Source of the DNA: Chiloscyllium plagiosum
Taxonomy: Eukaryota
Length of the DNA: 64,000 nt
Direction of reading: 5' to 3'
Assembly: GCF_004010195.1 (NCBI RefSeq)
Contig: NC_057719.1
Coordinates: forward strand, 68,041,873-68,105,872
Part shown: positions 52,026-63,729 of the stretch, one piece after another
How the letters are laid out: each line of letters opens with the position of its first letter
Numbering within the stretch: position 1 is the stretch's first letter
Position numbers and translations under genes: made by a program
The notes under the pieces: model-generated
The model's database searches: none
What the model was told of the DNA's origin: nothing
What the model saw: only the letters and a program-made list of their open reading frames with translations

Positions 52026-55000
52026 TGTGAACGGTTCCACTACATTGCTGAAGTTTGGAACAAACGTCCAATAGAATCTGCTGAGTTCTAAGAATCTAAG
52101 CACCTTTTTCTTCAAGGTTGGTCGTGGAAATTCCTTGATGGCCTTCGCCTTTGCGTTGTGTGGGGTCAACTTACATAACCAATGTATGTCCCAAGAATGT
52201 CACCTCTGCTTTTGTCAATTCAGTTTTAAGTTTATCACCAGTTTTGCTTCTCATGGTCATTCAGAGAGCTCTGCCAACTGTATCATGTGATCTTTCCAGG
52301 ACTTCCTAAAGATCACAACATCGTCCAAATAGACTGCACAGTTTATTAAACCAGCCACAACTCTGTTCGTAAGTCTTTGGAACATGGCGGGAGCGTTCTT
52401 CGTTCCAAAGGACATCACTCAAACTGATATAGCCCATTTGGGGTCACAAACGCAGAAATTTCTTTTGCCGATTCAGATGAAGGTACCTAAGGATTAAGCC
52501 ATAGGAGTGTTGTTTTATCGGATCAGTATTCCCTACGTCTACTTCGTGTACAATAGCATTAGTCCTCCCTATCTGATTCTTACATATGTCCCTATATTGC
52601 AGTAACAAATCTTTCAACTGCATTCTATGCTCCTGAGACAGATAGCTTATCACCTATGCCACTCCTCAAGGACTTCTTCATTTTTTAACCTATTTTGAGG
52701 CACATCCATACTCTGCGGGGCAGTAACTAACACCTGTTTCTCCAGTTCTTTCTCTCTGGTATAATATGGTTTCACACGACAATCTAGATACCTTTTCCCC
52801 CCTGTCATCTTTATTAGATAGTTCACCTGACTCAACTTTTTCTCAATTTGATCGGGACCACTAAACTTGGAAGGGATCTCCTATCACTGGTAACGGTACT
52901 AACACGTTATCCCCTGGGAAAACATCAGATTCTCAGAGCTTTTATCTGCCACCTTTCACTCTGTACTGTGCCCTCTTTAGGTGTTTAGTTAACTCACCTA
53001 CTCTACTTACTCTACTTACTCTCCCTCACCTCCAATACATAATCTAAGTGTGAGATCTCCGACTTTGGTCCTGTCAATTTTTCTTTAATTAATTTCAAAG
53101 GGCCTCTCACTTCATGACCGAATATTAACTCGAAGGGAATAAAAGAAGTAGATTTGTTTGGGGCATCTCTAATGGTAAACAATACGAATGGGATACATTT
53201 ATCCCAATCATTTGGGTAATCCTGACAGTATGCTCTGAACATGGTCTTCAAGATCTGATGCCACCTTTCTAAAGCTCCCAGGGATTCAGGATGATACGCA
53301 TTAGATTTAAAGTGTTATATATCCACCAAGCTATCCACAACCTCATTAAAGAGCCTCGCAATAAAATTTGACCCTTGGTCCGACTGAATCTCTCTGGGTG
53401 GCTCATGCTATGTGAAGGAAGCTACTAATTCATCTACCATCGTTTTTGCCTTGATACTCTGTAATGGAATTGTCCCCGTCAATATGGTAGACACATCCAT
53501 TATGGTTAACAAGTACTGGTTCCCACTTTGATTGCATAGGTCCCCTCCTGAGAACTAAGTTATAACCCACATGAAAGGTTCTTCAAATGCAGGAATTGGC
53601 AACAAAGGTGTTGGTTTTATTACCGCCTATGGCTTACCTACTATTTGGCATGTATGACAGGTACAGCAAAAGTTAACGACATCCTTGTGCATTCCAGGGC
53701 AATAGAAATATTTTTGGACTTTGGCCGGAGTCTTTCATACCCCTAGGTTACTTCCTACAGGTATTTCATGCGTTACCCATTAAAACTCCTGTCTGTATCC
53801 TACTGGCAAAACAATCTGGTGCACTTTGGCCCATTTCTCCTCTACACTAACCTGTCTCTATTTCCGTCGTAGGATTCGATCTTTCAGATAATAACCCTTT
53901 GGAATACTCTCTGCCTCCTTTTCAGAGTACGCATCCACATATATATCTTCAATCGTCTTGTCTTGCTGTTGTCAGTCCCTTTGCCTTTCAGGACTAAACA
54001 CTTCTGTCTCTCTGCCTGTTCAGATTTTTCCTGCACCATTACGTTAAACAGGGTACCCGCTAACTTAACTTCAACTCCTTGATCTTCCTCTTTAGTTGAT
54101 GCTCATGCTATGACCTATGACTGTGGGATCTGGTGACCACACAGTCTGGGAAAATACCAGGATATTGCTGTTTTAACTCCTCAGTTTCTTGGTCTTCTCC
54201 ACCACAAGGTGTGTCACTCCTACCTTGGATCCTGCAAAATCATTCCAAAGAACAAACTGAATTCCTGGAACTGACACTCTGTCAATCACTCCCACTGTAA
54301 CTTCCCCAGTTTTGAGTTGGCACTCCCACCTGATCTTACATAGGGGAGTGCTAAATTTCTGTCCATCTATCCCACAAATTACCACACTTTTGGGTAACAG
54401 ATCAGAAAGAGTGTATATTTGCTCATCCCTTACTATCAGCAACTGGTTAGATCTTGTATCTCTCAAAATTATAACTTCTTGTCCTTCTCCCCCTTTTCTT
54501 TGAGTAAACTTTACCCACATAGGAGAATTTTTTGTAGAGATCAGGTACAAACTCCATACTCAGCCCCTGCCTAGGCTGTACTCTTCTGCAGCTTCTTGGG
54601 GTCTCCTTTACTACCTTCACTAACGCCACTGGCTTAGCTTCTTTTACCACATCTTTACCCACAGCGCCTTTCTATAACAAGCAGCACTGTGACATATCCG
54701 TCACGTTGAAATTCTGGCCGGAAACTGGTCTTATGCACCAACATGTACTCATCTGCTAGTTCTGCTGCCCTCCTCACTTCCTGAACTTTCTGTTCCTCCA
54801 CGTGAATTCTTACCAACTCTGGAAGTGAGTTTTTGAACTCCTCCAGCAGAATAATCTCTTGTTGAGCCTCAAAGGTCTTATCTATTTTCAAAGCATGCAC
54901 CCATCTATCAAAATGACTATGTTTAATTCTTTCGAACTCAACATAAGTCTGAGCTGGTTCTTTCTTTCCATTTCTGAACCGCTGTCTATATGCTTCTGGT

Positions 55001-55690
55001 AACAATTCATAAGCACTTACAATAGCCCCGTTTAACCTTTACAGAATCTCTTGATCCCTCATCTGAAAACACGGCAAATACTTCACTTGCTCTGACTACC
55101 AGTTTAGTCTGAACTAGCATTACCCATAAATCCTTGGATCACTCCATCTGCCTAGCCAATTTATCAAATGAAATACAGAAGGCTTCAACATCTTTCATAT
55201 CAAAATATGGCAGAGTTTTGGCATGTTTGCATATATCACTGCCTTCTCTTTTAATCTCCATTCTGTTAACTTGACTTTACTAAGTTGCAACTTCTCAAGT
55301 TCAAATTTTCTCTTTTTGTCTCTCCCTTTCTTCTCGCTCTCTCTTTCTTTGCTCAGCTAAGACCTTTCTCTCTCTTTCTCTAACTCCATTTCTCTCAATT
55401 GTAGTTTAAGCTTTACTATCTCTACTGCACTTGTCTGTTTCTGATACACCTAAGTGTTTGAGTAACTCCCCTACAATCTAAGCTTTACTTTTGTCCTTGG
55501 TTAAACCCAAATCTAACTTATTTGCTAATTCTAAAAATACAGCCTTTTTTCTTTCCTTCTAAATTTTCTTGGCAAATTATAGAATAATCCTCAAATCCCA
55601 GAACCTCTTTAGCGATTTTAAGAACAATTTCTCACTTTTAATTTAATCAACTGGACCCCCAAATCTACTCAAATCAGTCAAAACCAGTTC

Positions 55691-55712
55691 AAATCCTGAC
55701 AACGATCCCCCA
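55691..55712 (-). promoter_or_regulatory. Primer-binding site, tRNA-Pro-like
   Basis: Minus strand TGGGGGATCGTTGTCAGGATTT just inside the LTR, versus the canonical tRNA-Pro PBS TGGGGGCTCGTCCGGGAT. Confidence 0.6.
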
Positions 55713-55716
55713 AAAC

Positions 55717-56422
55717 TGTTAAGACACAGGGTAAGCCTTCCTGCTTAATTTAAACCAGCAACATAGAGAAGATTTATCCCATGCTGTAATCTGTGAAAAT
55801 TCAAGAGACCAAGAACTATTTAAAGCAAAAATTAACTTTATTTCTTAAAGTATAACAGAGAATCAATAACTAACAACTATTTACAACTCCTTCCTCTAAC
55901 CTATCTTTTACCTACCCCTCTAAAATACTGGTCTGATAAAAATCCCAAACAAGATTTATGAACAAAACTTCATATCTCAAAACCAGGCAGCTTTCGGTTC
56001 TCCTCTCTATTCTTTTCTTCTTCTTGGAGATTCTGCTTCACAGGTTACCGATCTATAAAGGTACCTTTAAGAGAGCTATTTTTTGGGCAATCTTTACATG
56101 CTGGTGGCTTGGCAGTTCTCCTCCCCAACTGTTCAATTGTCCCTGGTCTTATACCCCGAAAGCATCGCATTGTGTCATTTGCTTTTAAGTTTGTCAATAT
56201 ACTAAATTCAAACTGGATTGGAGTTTGTTTTTTTTGGGGTATAATTTAAACTGATTGGTCTAATTCAAATCTGTTTTTGACTCCAGGCAACCAGCGACCC
56301 AAACTACTCCTGTAGCTGGACCGCATATTACATTGTATTTTATTCAGAACACTTGGTGCTGTCAGGTTGTTTTGCTAGCTTTAACTCTCTTAAAGGTATA
56401 GTACACCCACATCTTCAGAACA
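55717..56422 (-). repeat. 5' LTR of the Gmr1-like element (~706 bp)
   Basis: TG...CA termini with imperfect inverted ends tgttaaga / tcttcagaaca, adjacent to the PBS. Confidence 0.72.
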
Positions 56423-56657
56423 GGTTTTAAGTTGATACTTCATCAACAGCTTTTGCTGCACAGCAACTCTACATAAACATGTTCATCATTCAGAGAAGAG
56501 GAAAAGATTTTGATCTCACTTCAGGATTTCAATTTTAAGCAACTTACCCTTAACTTTAAGAATATAAATGAAGTTAAATCAGTTTGTTTACATTTATATT
56601 GGTACCTTAAAGATTTGAGTTGTCTCTCAATTTCTTTTCTACAATAAACAAGATCAC

Positions 56658-56760
56658 AGGCTCTTGTAGTGCAGTAGTAGTGTCTCTACCTCTGGGCCAA
56701 GGAACCTAGGTTCAAGACCCATCTGCTCCAGAGGTATGCAATTATATATGTGATTGGGCT
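56658..56760 (+). mobile_element. Decayed tRNA-derived SINE head
   Basis: A-box-like tagtgcagtagtag and B-box-like ggttcaagaccc. Confidence 0.45.
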
Positions 56761-59147
56761 TGCTTGCCAGAATACAGATCAGAGGCATTAATAGGGGTTA
56801 AGTGTCAAAGTAGCTGTTAAAAGTCTTACTTTGGCTCTGTGGAACATTATTCCTCATATGGGTGAGAAAGGGCTCTCTAGGTCTCAGCCCTTACATTACA
56901 TAATTGTCATACCCAGTCTACATGCTTCATCCACACCAACTCATGCCCTCTTCCACCTTCATGGCCTCTTATGCCTCTTACCCATCACCCTTTGCCCTTA
57001 CACCCTCAATGCCAACTCACTCAGTATGCACAAGGGACAGTACTCAGAAGATTAAATAAAACGAAGGTGTGAATATCTATTTCAGTTTTCACCATAAGGA
57101 AGGAAAAACACTCTTACTCATTAAAGTCCATTCAAAATTTTAAAAGTCCAAGTATCTGCTCTCTTATCAAAAGAAACAAACATGCATTCATAACTCCACA
57201 AAGACAGATAATCCTTCGTTAACCCATTTAAACAATCAATCAAACTTCGGACATCTGCTGATGTAAATAAAGGTTGTTGAAAACAGCCAGCTGTTAATAA
57301 TGTATAGCTATTGCGGTCATATCAACAAACTATTATAATGGAGAGCACAGTTCTTTTTCAGATTTAACTGACAAAGCTAAGTTGTCTTTTTTTTGAATAA
57401 TTTCACTGCTTGACAGTTCTATAGAGTTTGTATGCACTTCATGAGAGTTTGTGTCTCTTTCATAAATTTGTGACGACCGCATTGCAAGTTAAGTCCCAAT
57501 ATCAAAAATGGTGTCTGCCAGATGGATACGGCGAGTTGGGGGTTTCCTGCCTGTGAGTTTTGTCCTGTTCCCTTTCTCATACCATTGAAAATGAGGTGGC
57601 ATTTCTGCTTCTGGTTCCTGCTTATCGTTTTGAAATGAGTGTGAAGTCTTCAGGACTTGGTGAAAATCCCTTCCATTGTCTGTCTCAAGTTGTTGAAATC
57701 TTATCTTGAATTTCTGTCTAACCTAACAGAAATCACCACCATGGAAATTGTGAAAAGTACTATAGATTCAGTTTTCATTTAGTGTCTCGTATCTAATGCA
57801 ACAAGACAACCAATCCTATGCAAAAGGAAAAATTTGAATAAAGAATTTTAATATTAATTGGTATGGAGCTCAAATGTGACAGCACACTTGAAGATCTTAG
57901 TGAGAAAGGAAGGTGCAAATGAAATATGGATTGAGGGTGTGTTTTTTGTTAAATCAAAAGAATAAGGGTAAAAATGTTCAACACTGAGGGAAGATGACTA
58001 AGGAAAAGCAACTATTAATGATTTAGCCAGCACGGCAGTTAAGATGGGAAGTTAAATGTTCAAGAGTTGACCGAAGATGCTAGCAAGGTGACAACTCTCA
58101 GCACTTACTGATCCATCTCCTTGAAAACTGCCCTTATTGAATGGTAACTGTGAGCCAGTGGCCGAGTGCCCTTGAGCAGTGGTCTCTCTCATGAACTCAC
58201 CTAGTTTGATAGGCAGTCATCGTCAGAGAGATATACAGCATGGGAACATACTCTTTGGTCCAACTTGTCCATGCTGACCAGATATCCTAACCTGACCGAG
58301 TTCCATTTACCAGCACTTGACCCATGTCCCTCTAAATCCTTCCTATTCATATACCAGTTACTTTTTAAATGTTGTAACTGTACCAGCCTCCACCACTTCC
58401 TCTGGCAGCTCATTCCATACACGCACCACCCTCTGCGTGAAAAAGTTGCCCCTTGGGTCCCTTTTATATCTCTTCCCTCTCACCCTAAACCTATGCACTC
58501 TACTTCTGGACTCCCCCACCCCAGGGAAAAATACCTTGTCTGTTTATCCTATCCATGCCCCTCATGATTTTACAAACCTCTATAAGGTCACCCCTCAGCC
58601 TCTGACGCTCCAGGGAAAACAGCCCCAGCCTATTCAACCTCTCCCTATAGCTCATCCTCCAACCCTGGCAACATCCTTGTAAATCTTTTCTGAATCCTTT
58701 CAAGTTTCACAATATCCTTCCAACAGGAAGGTGACCAGAATTGCACCTAATATTCCAGAAGTGGCCTTACCAATGTCCTGTACAGCTGCAGCATGACCTC
58801 CCAACTCCTGGACTCAATGCTCTGACCATTAAAGGAAAGCATATCAAACGCCTTCTTCACTATCCTATCTACCTGCGTCTCTACTTTCAAGGAGCTATGA
58901 ACCTGCACTCCAAGGTTTCTTTGTTCAGCAACATTCCCAAGGACCTTGTTTTTAAGTGTATAAGTCTTGCTAAGATTTGCTTTTCCAAAATGCAGCACCT
59001 CACATTTATCTAAATTAAACTCCATCTGCCACTTCTCAGCCCATTGGTCCATCTGATCAAGATCCCGTTGTAATCTGAGGTAACCTTCTTCGCTGTCCAT
59101 TAGACCTCCAATTTTGGTGTCATCTACAAACTTACTAACTATACCTA

Positions 59148-59594
59148 GTTAAAAATCACACAACACCAGGTTATAGTCCAACAGGTTTAATTGGAAGCAC
59201 ACTAGCTTTCGGAGCAACGCTCCTTCATCAGGTGATAGTGGAGGGCTCGATCGTAACACAGAATTTATAGCAAAAATTTACAGTGTGATGTAACTGAAAT
59301 TATACATTGAAAAATTGATTGTCTGTTAAGCCTTTCATCTGTTAGAATACAGTGATAGTTTCACTTCTTTCATGTGTAAATCACAAAACCTTTTTTTAAA
59401 GTTGCATTCTCGGGTTAGCTGTTAACAATGGTGATAGCTAGACAATATGTTGACGGTGTTAGCCCCCTGTGTTCTTTGTCTATGACCTGATGTTTAGATT
59501 GATTCTAATCTAAAAAGTGAGATAACAGAGTTTTACATAAATTCATGCAGTTTTTGAGTTCAGAGTTCTACATGAATGTATGCAGTCCAAATCA
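59148..59594 (-). mobile_element. Penelope-like terminal repeat (second family, ~445 bp) with 12-bp TSD
   Basis: TSD TAACTATACCTA at 59136-59147 and 59595-59606; first ~90 bp near-identical to 5853-5937. Confidence 0.88.
59200..59234 (-). ncRNA. Minimal hammerhead ribozyme motif
   Basis: Reverse complement CAC-CUGAUGA-A-GGAGC(GUU)GCUCC-GAAA-GC-UA-GUG; helix I CAC/GUG, 5-bp helix II. Confidence 0.75.
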
Positions 59595-59850
59595 TAACTA
59601 TACCTACTATGTTCATATCCAAATCATTTATATAAATGACGAAAAGCAGTGCACCCAGCACCAATCCTTATGGTACGCCACTGGTCACAGGCTTACAGTC
59701 TGAAAAGCAACCCTCCACCTCTTCCCTCTGTCTTCTACCTTCGAGCCAGTTCCGTATCCAAATGGCTATTTCTTCCTGTATTCCCTGAGATCTAATCTTG
59801 CTAACCAGTTTTCCATGAGGAACCCTGTCGAACGCCTTCCTGAAGTTCAC

Positions 59851-61185
59851 ATAAAATCACTCCCAATACCTGTGAAAAGGCCTAATCTGGACTCAGCTCT
59901 GTCCTACATAATGCTGAAGTCAGCTGTGTTGAAAGACCTTACCACTGTAGAGGCTTGTAAGCTCTAGATGTGCAGGGCTTTGCGACACAGTCTTGTGAAT
60001 CTACACAATTCATCAATAAATTAATTAAGATAGACAAAGAAATTCAAAGAGAGCTCTTTGATGGCTATATTGAAACTTTGGTTAGGGTGTACGAGTTGTA
60101 TGATCACACATACTGCTCTGCCCTCATCAATCCTCTTCGCTACTTCTTCAAAAACTCAATTTTGTGAGACATGACTTCCCACACACAAAGCCATGCTAAC
60201 GACCCCTAATCAGTCCTTGCCTTTCCAAATATATGTAAATCCTGTCCCTCAGGATTCCCTCCAACAACTTGCCCACCACCGATGTCAGGCTCACCAGTCT
60301 ATAGTTCCCTGGCTCTTCCTTACCACCCTCCTTAAACAGTGGCACCACGTTAGCCACTCTCCAGTCTTCTGGCACCTCACCTGTGACTGTCGGTGATACA
60401 AATATCTCAGCAAAGGGCCCAGCAATCACTTCCCTAGCTTCCCACAGAGTTCTAGCATACACCTGATCAGGTCTTGGGGATTTACCCACTTTTATACGTT
60501 CCAAGACATCCAGCACCACCACCTCCGTAATATGGACATTTTTCAAGATGTCATCATCTATTTCTCCACATTCTATATCTTCTATGTTCTTTTCCACAGT
60601 AAATACTGATGCAAAATACTCATTTAGTATATTTCCCCCCATCTCCTGCAGCTCTACACATAGGCTGCCTTGCTGATCGTTGAGGGGCCCTATTTTGTCT
60701 TTAATGTATTTATAAAATCCCTTTGGATTGTCCTTAAACATATTTGCCAAAGCTATTTCATGTCCCCTTTCTGTGCTCCTGATTTTCCTCTTAAGTATAC
60801 TCCCACTACTTTTATACTCTAAGGAATTACTTGTCAAATATTTGTCAAATATTAACCAAAACCTCATTCTCTAGTCATCCAGCATTCTTGATTGACCTTC
60901 TGCTGTAAATGTGTCTTCATGCTTCTGCCTCAACATACAACTCGTACGCCCTAACCGAAGTTTCAATATGGCCCTCAAAGAGCTCTCTTTGAGTTTCTTT
61001 GTCTATCTTAATTAATTTATTGATGAATTGTGTAGATTCACAAGACTGTGTCGCAAATTCCTGCACATCTAGAGCTTACAAGCCTCTACAGTGGTAAGGT
61101 CTTTCAACACAGCTGACTTCAGCATTATGTAGGACAGAGCTGAGTCCAGATTAGGCCTTTTCACAGGTATTGAGAGTGATTTTAT
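59851..61185. repeat. 252-bp inverted duplication (59851-60102 vs 60934-61185)
   Basis: Direct reverse-complement comparison gives about 8 mismatches by eye over 252 bp. Confidence 0.95.
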
Positions 61186-62659
61186 CTTGCAATAGATAGT
61201 CTGCAGGCCACCAAGTAGCCCATTGAATTTTTGTTCAAAATCCAGTTAAATGTTACAGGAATATTTTTAAAGGAGCTGCTCTACCAGTTATAGGTGCTTC
61301 TCTGCCCAATTGCTCCTGTAGGCTTACAAGTAATCCTATCAGCACTAAATGCAGGACAAGAACAAGCTAAGATTGGAGGAGCACAACTCATGCACTCTCA
61401 CTCAGTATGAGGCCTGGATGCATGATAATATGTCTGCAGGACTGGAAAACAAGGAGGGAATAATAGTGGAGTAGTTGTCATCAGAATGAGATTTCTGCTG
61501 CTATGGGTGGAGCAACTGCGAGTTGGGCTGCCATGACATAGTGAGGGGTGCCTGAGAATGGAGCTGCCATGCCAAAGGTGGGGGAGTGGGTGTGGGGTCT
61601 GAGAGCTTGCTGCCTTGGGTTGAGAGAGGAGATAAACATCTAGCTGCCAGAGGGGAGGAAATGTGAAGTGGACCAAAGCTTAGCAAACAGCATTAGCAGA
61701 TGCTTGAAGGGCTGTTTGTTTTTCAACTTCCAAGGTAGTGAGCACTGGGAGAAATTTAACAAACTGTACAATGAAATTTTAACAGTGATTGGACCAGCTT
61801 CAGATATGTTCTTCACGACAAAAAAAAAATTGAGTTTTCCAAAGGCTAGTTTTCCAGGATGTCAGTATTTTCCCATTGATAAATGGGCACTCCACAGGGT
61901 GGACCAGTTTTTCAGCAACAACATGTGACGTAGTCCTTTTTCATTCCAAGAGGGGGAAAAATGAGCAGGGAAGTTCGGACACGTGGCCCCACTGTTGATT
62001 GTGCTACTGGTTGGGGGATGGATATGAAAATTAAGAGGAGCAGCAATTGGAGCAACATCACAACCTGGGACACTGATTGGCTGAGGGAATGACTGGGTAA
62101 GTGAGTGGCTGGCACGTTGAGTTGGTGATGGGCTGATTGGGTTTATAAGGGGCTGGCTGGGGGAGTGAGTGAATCAGTAGCTTGTTGCGTAAATAGGTCA
62201 GGCACTGGCTAAGGGGCTGGCTGGGTGAGTGAGCAGACTCACTCTGCCTTCTCCTCCCTCAAAGCAGGCTTGGGGTTGGAGGGGGTGAGGGGGAGCGGGG
62301 AGGTGGTGAGGAAACCTGAAGCTGATAGACAAAAACAACTTCCAACTCTCACCAAATTCATGTGAATTTCACAAAGGCCAACTTCAAATGTGTTCCACCA
62401 GACATGAACGAAGGTCAGTGTTAGTTAAACCCAACTCCTTTGCTTCACCTTAGTCCCACCCTCCCCTTGATGGTAAGGACCGATGGCTTCATCTTTTTCT
62501 CTTTCTCTGCTTCATAACCAAAAGGACAAAAATAAAAAAATTGCTCGTCACTTGACTAGCTCCTTAAAAAGAAATCCCATTGCTACCTGCTGTGGTGGGA
62601 TTCGAAACCATGTGACCATAACATTGGACTACATCTCTGGTTATAAGTTCAGTGACAAT

Positions 62660-63433
62660 TGTTATGAGCCAACTCATTCTATGACTGAACAAGTCAAATC
62701 CCAAACTGAAATCTGGCTCAACAGGTTATATTTTTGTATTTGGTTTTGAGGAGGTGGTATTCCACAGAAATACTAACACCCAATGCTACAGACTTGATTT
62801 TAACAATAAAACAGAAGCTTATAACACAATAGAAATGAAGAATAAAACAAACTGGATTATTTTCACAACAGTTTAAAGATTTTGAAACACATGGCAAAGT
62901 ACAATCCCTAAATGCTCCTTTCTAGTATTCAAACTGGAGAGAATTTCCTTCTTTAATTTTTCTTCAGGGTTTAACTTCATGGTGGCTTCAATTCTCAGTC
63001 TTGAGAATCTTCAAACAACTTAGCTTATAATTACTCAGTTTTGAACAATTCCTTCCAAGTTAGCGAACACCTTAACACTTCTGGTTTGGAACTTTCGAAC
63101 CAACTCCTTACACCTATTTCTAACAGTTCTAAATGGTCTCCCTTTTTCAGAAGTAACCGTCTCTCATAGCCAGTTCTAGCCAAGACATCTGCAAACCTAA
63201 AATCAAAAGGGCTTTCCTGAAGCTTTGGGTGTTCCTCTTAGTCAAAAGAAATTATTCCATCCCAGAAAGAGTCTAATGCACAACTGCTTATTCTATTCAT
63301 TAGTGTAAAACTCACCAAATGAAATAAAACCCTGATCGCTCTCCAGGAAGTTTCTCTCACACACTGTTTTAAAAGAAATCATCATGGGTATTGCAATATT
63401 TATAAGTTAATCAATAAACCACTTTCTCATACA
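62660..63433. mobile_element. Probable solo LTR
   Basis: Termini tgttatgag / ctcataca; imperfect short flanking duplication caat/caaa; inserted between CR1-like remnants; no ORF. Confidence 0.55.
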
Positions 63434-63444
63434 CAAATGTAGCC

Positions 63445-63690
63445 CTTGTAGAACCTAAACCAAGCATCAGTGAGCAGATTATTGCTGCACAAGTGTTTCT
63501 CAATCACACTGTTGACTACACCTTCCAGCACTTTATTGATGATCAAGAGTAGACTGTTGAGGTAGTAATTGATTGCATTGGATTTGTTTTGCTTTGTTTA
63601 CACTGGACATACCTGGACAATGTGCCACATTGTTGGTTAAATAACAGTGCTGTAACTGTATTGGAACAGTTTTACCATAAAAGCAGTAAG
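63445..63690 (-). mobile_element. CR1-like LINE RT fragment
   Basis: Minus strand ~NYxxSLLLIINKVLEGVVNSVIEKHLCSNNLLTDAWF. Confidence 0.65.
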
Positions 63691-63729
63691 TTCTGGAATA
63701 CAAGATTCCAATACTATTGCTGGGTGTTA

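Larger units (their letters stand above)
52026..56422 (-). mobile_element. Gmr1-like Ty3/Gypsy LTR retrotransposon (5'LTR-PBS-gag/SCAN-PR-INT-RT), frameshifted, truncated by the gap
   Basis: gag PEAYRQRFR..LLEEFKNSLPELVRIHVEEQK..AAELADEY (54655-55005); protease ILRDT (54173-54550); integrase CHTC, IQSDQGSNF, HPESLGALERWH, WDKCIPFVLF..PFELIFG (52700-53900); RT AVYLDDVVI (~52320) and KKVLRFLELSRFY (52026-52169). Confidence 0.92.
58222..60830 (-). mobile_element. 5'-truncated HER1/CR1 LINE (ORF2 RT region and 3'UTR) with two internal insertions
   Basis: KSPRPDQVYARTLWE..VPEDWRVANVVPLFK..PGNYRLVSLTSVVGKLLE (60196-60867); FRKAFDRVPHG..VTSGVP; LQRDLD..WAEKWQMEFN..KCEVLHFG; HER1 tail at 58222-58330. 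Confidence 0.92.

Noticed and set aside
51469..52169. Long 177-225 aa ORFs in the ORF track
   Set aside because: Artefacts of translating the 500-N gap; only the Gypsy RT edge (52026-52169) is real sequence.
54655..55005. Domesticated SCAN-domain host gene
   Set aside because: Sits in situ within a frameshifted LTR retrotransposon between the PBS and protease; no zinc-finger exon or splice evidence.
60831..60853. 11-bp tandem duplication ttgtcaaatat at the CR1 5' junction as a TSD
   Set aside because: Both copies are on the same side of the LINE, with no matching copy at its 3' end.
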